Assembly (NCBI GenBank): GCA_036012755.1
Contig: DASCPX010000031.1
Span: 28,476-92,475 of the forward strand
Direction of reading: 5' to 3'
From: Myxococcota bacterium
GTDB taxonomy: Bacteria; Myxococcota_A; UBA796; CAJQPC01
Length of the DNA stretch: 64,000 nucleotides
Shown here one piece after another: positions 46,506-55,944 of this stretch (position 1 is the stretch's first letter; each line of letters opens with the position of its first letter). The position numbers were made by a program, and so were the translations under genes. The notes under the pieces were generated by a model, which saw only the letters and a program-made list of their open reading frames with translations, made no database searches and was not told where the DNA came from.

Positions 46506-47527
46506 TGTTCTGGCTCCTTGCATGCGGCTTCCAGCCGATCCGACACGAAGACCGCGCCAGCGCCTGGCTCGAGTTCCACGACGACCTCGACCAGGCCGTC
46601 GCGGATGCCTCGGAGTGGGGCCTGGATCTGAACCTGGCCATGGAGCGGGACACCCACGGCATGGACCGCTTCAGGACGGTCTGCGCCCTGGCAGAGCAGC
46701 ACGACGTCGGCCTGAAGGTCTGGCCGCTGTTGCCGACGGAGGAGGGCTACTGGCCGAACCAAGGCAACACCGCGGAGTTCGCCGAGTGGACCTGGGAGCT
46801 GGTCGATGTCGCCCGAGACGACTGCGACAACCTCGACGGTGTCGTCGTCGACATGGAGATGCCCTACGACCGCGCGATGGCGCTCCAGGAGATGATCGAC
46901 GAAGGCGCCAGCGACATCGAGGTCGCCAGCTTCCTGGTCGAGACCATCGACGAGGAGGGCTTCGAGCAAGCTCGTCAGGACTACGAGGAGCTCACCCTCG
47001 CCCTGCAAGAGGAGGGTCTCCGCGTCCACCTCACGACCCTGCCGATGATCGCCGACGACCTCGCCGACGGAGACGAGACCCTGGCGCTCGCATTCTGGAC
47101 ACCCGTCCAGGACATCAGCTGGGACATCGCGAGCGTGCAGGTGTACCGGAGCTTCTTCCAGTCGACCCTGGCCTCGTCCCTGGAGGACCCGACGCAGGAG
47201 TTCACCTCTGGACTCGTCACGAGCTACGCGGAGACGATGGTCGAGCACTTCGGGGACGCAGCCGCCCTGGACCTCGGCACCACCGGAGCGGTGGGGATCG
47301 GGGTCGAGGCGGGTCTGAGCGAGGAAGAGCTGCAGTCGGATCTCGCGGCGGCGCTGGCCTTCGTCTCCCCAGACCACATCGCGATCTACAGCCTCGAAGG
47401 CCTCGACGAGCACGACGACCCGGCGGCGAGCCTGAGACTACCGGCTCCGCACGCTCCCGAGCCCGACGCCGCCACACTGGAGATCCGCGACGTCTACGCG
47501 ACGCTGGACGCCTTGCGAGACGACTGA
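46505..47527 (+). CDS. Hypothetical acidic lipoprotein, possible TIM-barrel/glycoside-hydrolase-like fold
   Basis: TGATG overlap; MFWLLAC; WPLL..EEGYWPN and DGVVVDME. Confidence 0.7.
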   Translation: MFWLLACGFQPIRHEDRASAWLEFHDDLDQAVADASEWGLDLNLAMERDTHGMDRFRTVCALAEQHDVGLKVWPLLPTEEGYWPNQGNTAEFAEWTWELVDVARDDCDNLDGVVVDMEMPYDRAMALQEMIDEGASDIEVASFLVETIDEEGFEQARQDYEELTLALQEEGLRVHLTTLPMIADDLADGDETLALAFWTPVQDISWDIASVQVYRSFFQSTLASSLEDPTQEFTSGLVTSYAETMVEHFGDAAALDLGTTGAVGIGVEAGLSEEELQSDLAAALAFVSPDHIAIYSLEGLDEHDDPAASLRLPAPHAPEPDAATLEIRDVYATLDALRDD

Positions 47528-47539
47528 CCCGGGGTGGTC

Positions 47540-48285
47540 ATGTCTCCTGCTTGGACTCTCGCTGTGAACGGCCTCTTGCTGACCCTGGCCTGCAGCGAAC
47601 CTGGGGTGGCCACGGACCTGGCCGTCCTGTAGCAGCCATCTCCGGGGAGACGGGCCTGTGCCACCTCGTCCGAGCTCCCGCGATCCGGTTCGACTGTGCG
47701 CTGGCCGAGGTCCACGCTCAGGGATCCGAGGCACGACCCGATGACTGCGACGGACTGGTCGGGTTCTACGCCGAGGAGTGCTTCTTCCTGGTCGCCGAGG
47801 TCAGCGGGGTGCCAGCGTCGTGCTCCCACGCGGGGCAGTTCGAGACCCGGTGCCGACTCCACCTGCTCCGTGATGGTGCCCCACTCCCGCCCCTCGAAGA
47901 CCCCGGCTACCTCGCCAGCGTCGCGGCGCGAATCGCCGAGGTCGGCCTCGACCCACAGGCGAACCAGCCGTGGGAGTGGACGCTGGGCAGCGCCCTCCGG
48001 GCCGAGGAACCACTACGACGATCACGCTGCGACGCGCTGGCGGACGAGGCGAGGCGGCAGACCTGCTTCGGAGCCGCCGAGGCGATGTTCCAGCGCCAGC
48101 TGGAGGCGCTCGCAGACCGCCAGATGTTGCCTTGCACAGGGCCGCTGCCCGAAGCCGCCCGCCCCGCGCCGGACCCGGCCTTCGACACGATCCTGGAGAA
48201 CCTGCGCGCGACCGGTCGCTGCGCGGACGACCCGCGACCCATGGTCCGCCCTGATCGGCGCGGGCCAGGGCTCGAGGAGCCGTAG
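47540..48285 (+). pseudogene. Cys-rich lipoprotein, frameshifted at about 47629; paralog of 48317-49000
   Basis: (MSPAWTLA)VNGLLLTLAC...DLAVL-stop in one frame; body AAISGETGLC...ECFFLVAE...PCTGPLP...GRC in the -1 frame. One added base joins them. Confidence 0.7.
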
Positions 48286-48316
48286 CGGCGTCGACATCCG
48301 GGGCGAGGGCGATGGG

Positions 48317-49000
48317 CTAGGGTTCCGAGCTGCACCGGCCCGCCTCTCGAGCGGCGGCGACGAGGCGGAGGAAGCCCTCGTCGTCTTCCATCGTGGCGAG
48401 TGTCGGTGGCAGAGGGCCCGCGCAGGGGAAGGCGCCGCGCTCGTGCGCGTTGGCGAGGCTTCGTGCCTGAATGCCCGCGACGGCTTCTGCACAGGCCCTC
48501 GTGACCTCCAGCTCCAGGCCCTCGCAGACCGAGACGGTGACTGGCCTTCGAGGGATCAGCGCTGCCTGCATGTAGTCCCGCCAGCAGGTGGCGTCGGGGG
48601 TAAATCCGGGGGCGCTGGAGCGTGCCTCCATCACCGCGACCGCCAGCGGCTGGTCCACGGGGAGCCCCTCTCCGAAGCGCCCGAAGACATGGCGCTCGCA
48701 GTCGGACCTCATCTCACCGGCTCCCAGGCAGGTCTCGAAGGAGCGCGCGGTCTCCGCCACGAGGAAGACGCACTCGTCGAGGTCCGAGCCGGACAACGAC
48801 GCGCAGGCCTCGACCGCCGAGGACAGGTCGCTCGTGGCCATCCGCGTGGCGGCGTCCCAGACACACTCGGTGCGGATCCGAGGCTCCGTGATGGTCTCGC
48901 ACAAGGACGCGGCGAGCGGCGCATCAGCCTCGAGCGCCTCGCCGAGGACCTGGAGATCGGAGTCCCCACAACAGAGCAGCGCGAGCGAGGCGAGACGCAT
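48317..49000 (-). CDS. Cys-rich helical lipoprotein
   Basis: MRLASLALLCC; ECVFLVAE, C..AG....C..H, PCAGPLP, GRC. Confidence 0.75.
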   Translation of the reverse strand: MRLASLALLCCGDSDLQVLGEALEADAPLAASLCETITEPRIRTECVWDAATRMATSDLSSAVEACASLSGSDLDECVFLVAETARSFETCLGAGEMRSDCERHVFGRFGEGLPVDQPLAVAVMEARSSAPGFTPDATCWRDYMQAALIPRRPVTVSVCEGLELEVTRACAEAVAGIQARSLANAHERGAFPCAGPLPPTLATMEDDEGFLRLVAAAREAGRCSSEP

Positions 49001-49005
49001 CGGAC

Positions 49006-49794
49006 CTACTGGTTGATGCCCTCTTCGCCCAGGCGGGCGACGTCCTCGTCGGAGAGCACGCCCCGGCCACCTTGCATGAAGACCTGGAGCGCCGGGAAGT
49101 CCGCGGCGCGGGCCTCGTCGAGGCTCCCGACGAAGCTCATCCTCTTGTCGTAGAGGAAGGCGAGCCGGTCGGTCACCGTGAAGCAGCTGTCCATGTCGTG
49201 GGTCACGACGACGCTGGTGACGCCGAGCTGTTCCTTGAGACGCAGGATGAGCCCGTTGATCCGCCGCACGTTCAGCGGGTCGAGGCCGGTGGTCGGCTCG
49301 TCGTAGAGGATGACCTCTGGCTGGACCGCGATGCTCCGAGCCAGGCCGACGCGCTTCTTCATGCCGCCGGAGAGCTCGCTCGGGCGGAGCTCCTCGATGC
49401 CGGGCATGCCCACCATGTCGAGGACCTCCGCGACCCGCTTGTCCTGCTCGGCGCGAGTGCCCCAGCCATGCTCGATGAGGGGATAGCGGATGTTCTGGGA
49501 GACGCTCAGCGAGTCGAAGAGCGCCGCGCCCTGGAAGAGCATCGCGATGCGCCGGCGGAGGCTCAAGAGCGCGCGGCCCTTCAGTCCAGCGACGTCTTCG
49601 CCGAAGGCAAGGACCCGACCGGCGTCGATCGACAGCAGGCGGATGAGCATCTTCAACGTGACGCTCTTCCCCATGCCGGAGCCGCCGATGATCGTCAGCA
49701 CCTCGCCGCGTCGAACCTCGAGGTCGAGGTCCACGTAGATGCTGTTGTCGCCGAAGGCCTTGTGGACCTTCTCGAAGCGGATGACGCTCTCCAT
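49006..49794 (-). CDS. mlaF: MlaF/Mkl-type ABC ATP-binding protein
   Basis: GGSGMGKS, FQGAALFDSL, LSGGMKKRVGLAR, YDEPTTGLDP, VTHD. Confidence 0.92.
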   Translation of the reverse strand: MESVIRFEKVHKAFGDNSIYVDLDLEVRRGEVLTIIGGSGMGKSVTLKMLIRLLSIDAGRVLAFGEDVAGLKGRALLSLRRRIAMLFQGAALFDSLSVSQNIRYPLIEHGWGTRAEQDKRVAEVLDMVGMPGIEELRPSELSGGMKKRVGLARSIAVQPEVILYDEPTTGLDPLNVRRINGLILRLKEQLGVTSVVVTHDMDSCFTVTDRLAFLYDKRMSFVGSLDEARAADFPALQVFMQGGRGVLSDEDVARLGEEGINQ

Positions 49795-50540
49795 CAGATG
49801 GCCAGGAAGAGCTTGGTCAGCATGAAGTTGCTGACGAGCACCGTGATGCTGATCGCGACCACCGTGTTCGTGGTGGAGCGACCGACTCCCTCCGTCCCGC
49901 CTCGGGTGTTGAGCCCGACGTAGCAGCCGATGATGGCGATGAAGTACCCGAAGAAGACGCTCTTGGCGAGACCGTGGAAGAGGTCCGGGACCTCGATGGT
50001 GTCGATGACCTGCTCGAGGAAGAAGCGCGGGGTGACGCCTACCTCCTGCATCGTGATGAGCATGCCGCCGAAGCAACCCACGAAGTCCGCCAGCACGGTC
50101 AACATAGGCAGCATGATGACGCAAGCCAGCACGCGGGGGACGACCAGCTTCTGGACCGGGTCCGCTCCCAGGGCAGAGATGGCGTCGACCTGCTCCGTCA
50201 CGTTCATCGAGCCGATCTCGGCCGTGAAGCCCGCCCCGACCCGGCCGCCGACGAGCACCGCCGTCAGGGTGGGGCCCAGCTCGCGGAACATCGCGAGGCT
50301 GACGAGCTTGCCCGTGTAGAGCGAAGCGCCGTAGGGCTCGAGCCCGACGGCGAACTGGATGGCCATGACAGCGCCGGTGAAGAGCGCGGTCAACACGGCG
50401 ATGGACCAGCTCCCGATGCCTGCGTGGTCCATCTGCTCGACCAGGAGCGCAGCCTCCACGCGCACCATCTGGCGGAGCGTCCGAAGCGTCAGGTTGGCCA
50501 CGCCGCCGACATGGCCGAGGAGCTGGAAGAGTTGGCTCAT
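49794..50540 (-). CDS. mlaE: MlaE-type ABC permease
   Basis: RELGP.LTA..GGRVGA..TAEIGSM.VTEQVDA, LVVPR, GGTEGVGRSTT.TVV. Confidence 0.95.
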   Translation of the reverse strand: MSQLFQLLGHVGGVANLTLRTLRQMVRVEAALLVEQMDHAGIGSWSIAVLTALFTGAVMAIQFAVGLEPYGASLYTGKLVSLAMFRELGPTLTAVLVGGRVGAGFTAEIGSMNVTEQVDAISALGADPVQKLVVPRVLACVIMLPMLTVLADFVGCFGGMLITMQEVGVTPRFFLEQVIDTIEVPDLFHGLAKSVFFGYFIAIIGCYVGLNTRGGTEGVGRSTTNTVVAISITVLVSNFMLTKLFLAI

Positions 50541-51010
50541 CGGGTCGCGAAGCCCGCCAACACCGCCTGGTAGCCCTCCCAGGCCGACTGGAAGCGCTCT
50601 CCACGTGGAGCGATGACGACGATGTCGTAGGTGCAGCGGTCCTTCTTGAGCACGGTCGTGCCGAGCTCCACCGGGACGCCGTCCAGCTCTCCGAGGGCGC
50701 GGGACGTGTAGGCCGTGCGCCCGTCGAGTTCGTAGGTCTCCTCGAACGAGGGCTCCCCGGTGGAGACGCCGAAGGTCATGTGCGTGGCGAGATCCTCCAG
50801 CGGGGCGTCCTCGAAGCGGGCCCCGCAGTTGCTGTCCGCATAGATGACCGCGGCATCGGACCTGTTGCGGAAGGCGAAGTCAGCGCCGCCCGCGGCGACC
50901 TTCTTCCAGCCTTCTCCCGGGTTGCCCACGACGTACTGGCCCTCGAGGAGTCTGGCCTGCCGCACGGCCTTGGGCGTGCAGCCGGCGATGGTGAACGCGA
51001 GCAGGAGCAT
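50537..51010 (-). CDS. Hypothetical lipoprotein coupled to mlaE
   Basis: MLLLAFTIAGC; LDGVPV....VLKKDRC.YD. Overlaps both neighbours; no MCE motif seen. Confidence 0.8.
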   Translation of the reverse strand: MLLLAFTIAGCTPKAVRQARLLEGQYVVGNPGEGWKKVAAGGADFAFRNRSDAAVIYADSNCGARFEDAPLEDLATHMTFGVSTGEPSFEETYELDGRTAYTSRALGELDGVPVELGTTVLKKDRCTYDIVVIAPRGERFQSAWEGYQAVLAGFATR

Positions 51011-51765
51011 CAGACCGCCTCCCGGGAGTGTTTCTGTTCCTCCTCTTCCTCGAGGATGCGGAGGAAGACCTCCTCGAGGTCGCCGGCGCCCTCGGCGCGA
51101 CGGGCCCGGATCTCGTCGTAGGCACCATGCGCCACGATGCGGCCACGATGGATGATGGCGAGGCGGTCGCAGACCTCTTGCGCGACGTCCAGCGAGTGGG
51201 TGGACAAGAACACGGTCCTACCCTCCTCTGCGTAGTCCCGGAACACCTGCTTGATCTGCCGAGCCCCGCGCGGATCGAGGCCGACCATCGGCTCGTCGAC
51301 GATCAACAGCGGCGGCTCGTGCAAGAGCGCCGTGGACAGCGTCAGGCGCTGCTTCATGCCGTGGCTGAAGCCCTCGACCAGCTCGTCGGCGAACTCCATG
51401 AGCCCGTGGAACTCGAGGAGCTCGGTGCCGCGCGTCTCGATCACCTTGGCGTCCAGGCCATAGAGGCCGCCGACGAACTCCAGCATCTCCCGCGCCGTCA
51501 GCTTCTCGTAGAGGTAGGGCCGATCGGGGATGTAGCCGATGCGGGCCTTGGCCTGGACGGGGTCCACCGCCATGTCGATGCCGTCGATCTCCAGGCGTCC
51601 CCCGGTCGGGGGGAGCACTCCGCTCAAGATGCGGATCGTGGTGGTCTTGCCAGCCCCGTTCGGCCCCAGGAACCCGAACACCTCGCCCTTGCGAACATGT
51701 AGATCGAGGGGCTGGAGCGCTTGAAAGCTCTGGTACCGCTTCTGGATGCCTTCCGTGCGGATCAC
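51010..51765 (-). CDS. ABC transporter ATP-binding protein (ABC-2/CcmA-like)
   Basis: GPNGAGKTT, FSHGMKQR, VDEPMVGLDP, STH. Confidence 0.93.
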   Translation of the reverse strand: MIRTEGIQKRYQSFQALQPLDLHVRKGEVFGFLGPNGAGKTTTIRILSGVLPPTGGRLEIDGIDMAVDPVQAKARIGYIPDRPYLYEKLTAREMLEFVGGLYGLDAKVIETRGTELLEFHGLMEFADELVEGFSHGMKQRLTLSTALLHEPPLLIVDEPMVGLDPRGARQIKQVFRDYAEEGRTVFLSTHSLDVAQEVCDRLAIIHRGRIVAHGAYDEIRARRAEGAGDLEEVFLRILEEEEEQKHSREAV

Positions 51766-51774
51766 GATTGAACC

Positions 51775-53304
51775 TTAGCGCGCTTCGACGAGGTGGAAGC
51801 TCACGCGACCTATCACACCCATGATCTCGACCTGCTTGTCGAGGTCACCTTCGACGATCTTGATGTGCGTCGCGTCCGCTGGGAACTGTCCGAAGGTGGG
51901 ATCGACGGTCACCCAGCCAGCCTGCTGTCCCATGTAGACCTCTGGCCACGCGTGGTAGTAGAAGCCGCCGGCGCCGATGCGCTCGCTGTACACGAGCCCG
52001 GCGACGATGCGCGCCGGAATGCCCCGCGCTCGTGCGAGGGCGACGAACAGCGCCGTGTGCTCGTTGCAGTCCCCCTGCCCGACCTGGAGGACCTCCAGCG
52101 CGTTCGGCACGCCCAGCGTCGGCGCCTTGATCAGGTAGCCATGCACCCAGTCGTTGAGCGTCACCACGGCGCCCCGCCGGTCGGTCTCGTCACCTAGGAG
52201 CTCCTCTGCCTTTCGACGGATGTCCGGGTGGGTCGAGGGCAAGAACAGTGTGGGGGAGAGGTAGTCCTCGAAACCCTCGGCGGTCTCCGCGACCGGGACG
52301 TCCGAGGGGACCTCCGCGAGGTGAGGCGCCTCGATCCGTACCCGGTTGTCCTCGAGCACCTGTCGCGGCGGATCGTGATCGACGAGCTCGGGATCGATGC
52401 CCTGGATGGCTGCCTCGAAGACCATGATGTCGCGCGGGGCGTCGAGACGCCCACCGGTCAGCTGCACGGAGGACAGGGCGATGATGTCGACAGGTTCGGT
52501 CCCCTCGGGCATGGTCAGCGCCTGCTGCTTGGTCTCGCGCACGAGCGCGAGCCCGAGGGCCCCTTCCTCGCGGATCAGCTGCCCCGACGGCGTGATGAGC
52601 ACTCGGGTCGAGATGTCGCCGAAGCTCCGCTCGATCCAGTAGGCCTCTTCGCCCTCGTGGATGAGGCCGTCGACGATCGCCGTCGGGAGGATCTCGACGT
52701 CGACGATCTCGAGGACCATGGGCTGCTGCGAGAGCGTCACGGGATCGAAGTAGGGCACCTCGTAGCGCTGGCCCACGGCCAGGTCGGTCTCGATCCCGGC
52801 GATCCAGCTGTTCAGGGAGACGCTCATCTGCGGCGGCTCGTCGACGTCGATCCGCACTGTCTGGATCTGCCCGGCCTGGACCACCTCGATGACGATCTGG
52901 TCGCCCTGGACCTCGCCTCGCGCGGTGAGATCGACAGGATCAGAGGACATGAAGAAGTCGAACTGGCGCACCTGCCTGTTGCTGTCGACCACGGCGTTGC
53001 TGATGGTCACGATGCGCTTGATCTCGCCGAAGGCCGCGACCTCGAAGGCCGACCGGTTGCGGAGCAGCAGGCCGCCGTCAGCCGTCGGGCTCGAGGAGCT
53101 CACCGCGTACCCGGCCTTCACGCCCTCGAAGTAGATGCCCATCCAGGTCTCGCTGGCGGGTCCGGCCGAGAGCGCCTCCGGGTCGATGGGGATGACCTCG
53201 CCGCGAGGATCCTGCCCGAGCACCAGCCAACCAGCGGTGGCGACCCACACGGCGAGCGCGAGGGCCTCGACGACCAGCAGCAGGGACGGGCGGCGAAGGC
53301 CCAG
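51775..53304 (-). CDS. Transglutaminase-like domain protein with N-terminal membrane anchor
   Basis: Catalytic triad GDCNEH, YHAWPE, VDPT. Start at CTG 53304 (AAGGAG-N6) or ATG 53361. Confidence 0.88.
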   Translation of the reverse strand: MGLRRPSLLLVVEALALAVWVATAGWLVLGQDPRGEVIPIDPEALSAGPASETWMGIYFEGVKAGYAVSSSSPTADGGLLLRNRSAFEVAAFGEIKRIVTISNAVVDSNRQVRQFDFFMSSDPVDLTARGEVQGDQIVIEVVQAGQIQTVRIDVDEPPQMSVSLNSWIAGIETDLAVGQRYEVPYFDPVTLSQQPMVLEIVDVEILPTAIVDGLIHEGEEAYWIERSFGDISTRVLITPSGQLIREEGALGLALVRETKQQALTMPEGTEPVDIIALSSVQLTGGRLDAPRDIMVFEAAIQGIDPELVDHDPPRQVLEDNRVRIEAPHLAEVPSDVPVAETAEGFEDYLSPTLFLPSTHPDIRRKAEELLGDETDRRGAVVTLNDWVHGYLIKAPTLGVPNALEVLQVGQGDCNEHTALFVALARARGIPARIVAGLVYSERIGAGGFYYHAWPEVYMGQQAGWVTVDPTFGQFPADATHIKIVEGDLDKQVEIMGVIGRVSFHLVEAR

Positions 53305-53394
53305 GGAGTGCTCCTTCCCAGGTACCGCCGATCGGAAACCGGAGGCCAAATCAGATAACATCCGTATTCTCGCGCACGGAGTCAGCCGACAGCG

Positions 53395-54633
53395 ATGAAG
53401 GTCGCCACGCACACCGTGCAGCACGGGGCCACCGCAGAAGACCAACCGGCCGCGGCGGCGGCGCACGACGACAGCCTCGGCTGGTGCGGATGCGCTCACG
53501 CAGAGGTCCGCGCCTCGCTCCTGGACGCAGAGCTGGCGGCGGCGGCCTCGAGGCTCGCGCTGGACACGGTGGCTGCCCATGTCCGAAAGCACTCCGAGCT
53601 CCGGGAGACGGTGACCTCCGGCGGCGCGAGCGATAGCGACCGAGAGAAGGTCATGGACGTGCTCCGGACGGCCGTCAACATCGCGTCGCGAGAGATCAAC
53701 GCGCTCTCAGCGCGGCGCGGCGCGGCCGTGACCGTCACCCTGGACTCGGTGTGGGCGGTGGGAGGCGAGGCCTTCATCGCCCACGTCGGCGATGGCCGGA
53801 CCTACCTCCTGAGAAAGGGCCTCTCCCACAAGCTGACGCAAGACCACGTCCAGGGTGACGAGCTCCACGAGTCCCTCCCGGGCCAGGCGCCGAGGGTGAA
53901 GCCGCGAGTCGAACCCTCCAGAACGCTCGGACCGAACACCTCCGTCGAGCCGGAGACGATGAACCTGCAGCTCGTCGATGGGGACCGGGTGCTGTTGTCC
54001 TCGCCCTACCTCCACCGTGGACTCGACGACCTCAAGATCCGCGAGGTCGCGAACGACCCCGTCGCCGACGGCGTCACGGCGCAGCTGCTCGGCGCGGCAC
54101 GGGACAACGGAGTCGACGCAGATCTGGCCTGCGCGCTGATGGAGATCGGCGAGGTGGACAACGCAGGGGTCGCGACGGCAGCCCGGGGGCGGCTGGCGAC
54201 CCTCGCCCGCATTCCGCTGTTCGCCTATTGCACCGAGAGGGAGCTCCTGGCGATCGCGGGCGTCACCCGCCCGGTCCGCTACCGGGCCGGGACCTGGGTG
54301 TTCCGCCAGGGCGATCCCGGCTGCGGCCTCTACCTCGTCGTGCAAGGCCTCGTCGCCGCCGAAAAGGACGACAGCGAGATCGCCCGCTTCGGCCCCGGGG
54401 CGAACTTCGGCGAGATGTCGATGCTCGACCAGCCGGAGCGCAGCGCCGCCGGCAGGGTGATCGAGGACTCCGAGCTCCTCCTCATCACTCGAGAGGCCTT
54501 CTTCAGCCTGCTCAAGCGAGATCCGACCCTGGCTGTCAAGGTCCTATGGAACATGCTGCTCCGCCTCTCCGCGAGCCTGCGCGCGACCAGCGAACGCCTC
54601 ACGCGGCCCCCCCCCGAGCCCCCAGTGCCATGA
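53395..54633 (+). CDS. Degenerate PP2C-like domain + cyclic nucleotide-binding domain
   Basis: AHVGDGRTY and TQDH retained, DGMGG/SDGL/DN lost; cNMP domain FRQGDPG..LY, FGEMSML...RSA. Confidence 0.85.
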   Translation: MKVATHTVQHGATAEDQPAAAAAHDDSLGWCGCAHAEVRASLLDAELAAAASRLALDTVAAHVRKHSELRETVTSGGASDSDREKVMDVLRTAVNIASREINALSARRGAAVTVTLDSVWAVGGEAFIAHVGDGRTYLLRKGLSHKLTQDHVQGDELHESLPGQAPRVKPRVEPSRTLGPNTSVEPETMNLQLVDGDRVLLSSPYLHRGLDDLKIREVANDPVADGVTAQLLGAARDNGVDADLACALMEIGEVDNAGVATAARGRLATLARIPLFAYCTERELLAIAGVTRPVRYRAGTWVFRQGDPGCGLYLVVQGLVAAEKDDSEIARFGPGANFGEMSMLDQPERSAAGRVIEDSELLLITREAFFSLLKRDPTLAVKVLWNMLLRLSASLRATSERLTRPPPEPPVP

Positions 54634-55898
54634 GCGAGAACATCGACATCCAAGCGTGGGCGTGCTCCGATCCCGGCCGCGTCCGCAAGCACAACGAGGA
54701 CGCCTACCTGATCGACGAGGAGCTCGGGCTCTACATCGTCTGCGACGGCATGGGCGGGTTCAAGCGAGGCGAGGTAGCCGCGGAGCTGGCATGCAGCGCC
54801 GTACGCGAGTCCGTGGCGGCGGGCCGCCGGACCATCGACCTGCACGCCAAGAAGCGAGGCGCGAGCACGACAGCCGCGGTCCAAGGGCTCCTGCAGAACG
54901 CGGTCCAGCGCGCCTGCGAGGAGATCTACAGCGCCTCTACCGCCCTCACCGGCGACGGAGGGCGGATGGGGACGACCCTCGACGCCGTGCTGGTGATCGG
55001 CAACCAGGCCTTCACGGCGCACGTCGGGGACGGCCGCATCTACCTCATACGCGACGGCGAGTGCCACCAGGTCACAGAGGACCACTCCCTGATCCAGCAG
55101 CAGATCCGGGAGGGGCTGATCACGCCCGAGCAGGCCAAGCGGGCACGGAACAAGAACGTCATCACGCGGGCGCTCGGGGTCTTTCCCAGCGTGCTCGTCG
55201 ACCTCCTCCACATGGAGCTGGCCCCAGCGGATGCGTTCGTGCTCTGCAGTGATGGGCTCCACAGCTATATCGGTGCGCCTGAGCTCGTCAGGCCCAGCCA
55301 CGAAGCCAACGGGGGCACCGACAAGCTCGTCGGCCTGGCCAACAACCGGGGCGGTCGCGACAACATCACCATGCTCACCCTCCGCGCAGAGACCGCGGAG
55401 CCGCAGCAGGACGACGAGACTGCGCCAGCCCACCACATCGACGTGTTGCGTCGCTGCGACCTGTTCAGCTTCTGCACCTACCGCGAGCTCGTGCAGGTCG
55501 CGGCTGTCTGCGAGCCGCGCGCGGTCCCCGCCGACACCGTGCTCTTCCAAGAGGACGACATCGGGCGCGAGGCCTTCATCCTCGAGGACGGCGGCGTGGA
55601 GATCACCCGCGCTGGCGTGACCCTGACGCGCCTGGGGCCGCCCGCCTACTTCGGCGAGATGAGCTTCATCGACTCGCCGCGACGCAGCGCCACGGTGCAC
55701 ACCACAGCGCCCTCGCGCTTCCTCGTGCTCTCCCGCAACGACTTCCTCCGACTCGTCCGCCAGGACTCGGCGCTGGCCACGAAGCTGATGTGGCGTCTGT
55801 TGCACCACCTCTCCCGAATGGTGCGGAACACCAACGCGCGAGTGCTCGCCGGGGTCACGACGCTGGAGCTCGACGACACCCTGGACCGGCCCGAGTGA
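54630..55898 (+). CDS. PP2C (Stp1/IreP-like) Ser/Thr phosphatase + cyclic nucleotide-binding domain
   Basis: ATGA overlap; GRVR.HNED, CDGMGG, MGTT, HVGDGR, EDHS, ITRALG, CSDGL, GGRDNIT; FGEMSF...RSA. Confidence 0.93.
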   Translation: MSENIDIQAWACSDPGRVRKHNEDAYLIDEELGLYIVCDGMGGFKRGEVAAELACSAVRESVAAGRRTIDLHAKKRGASTTAAVQGLLQNAVQRACEEIYSASTALTGDGGRMGTTLDAVLVIGNQAFTAHVGDGRIYLIRDGECHQVTEDHSLIQQQIREGLITPEQAKRARNKNVITRALGVFPSVLVDLLHMELAPADAFVLCSDGLHSYIGAPELVRPSHEANGGTDKLVGLANNRGGRDNITMLTLRAETAEPQQDDETAPAHHIDVLRRCDLFSFCTYRELVQVAAVCEPRAVPADTVLFQEDDIGREAFILEDGGVEITRAGVTLTRLGPPAYFGEMSFIDSPRRSATVHTTAPSRFLVLSRNDFLRLVRQDSALATKLMWRLLHHLSRMVRNTNARVLAGVTTLELDDTLDRPE

Positions 55899-55944
55899 AA
55901 CAAGTCTCCGACGCTTTCCGTAGCGCGATAGCAGGGAAGGCCCG

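Noticed and set aside
50537..51010. mlaD/MCE gene
   Set aside because: No MCE GL..G..V...GV.VG motif; it looks like an unrelated lipoprotein.
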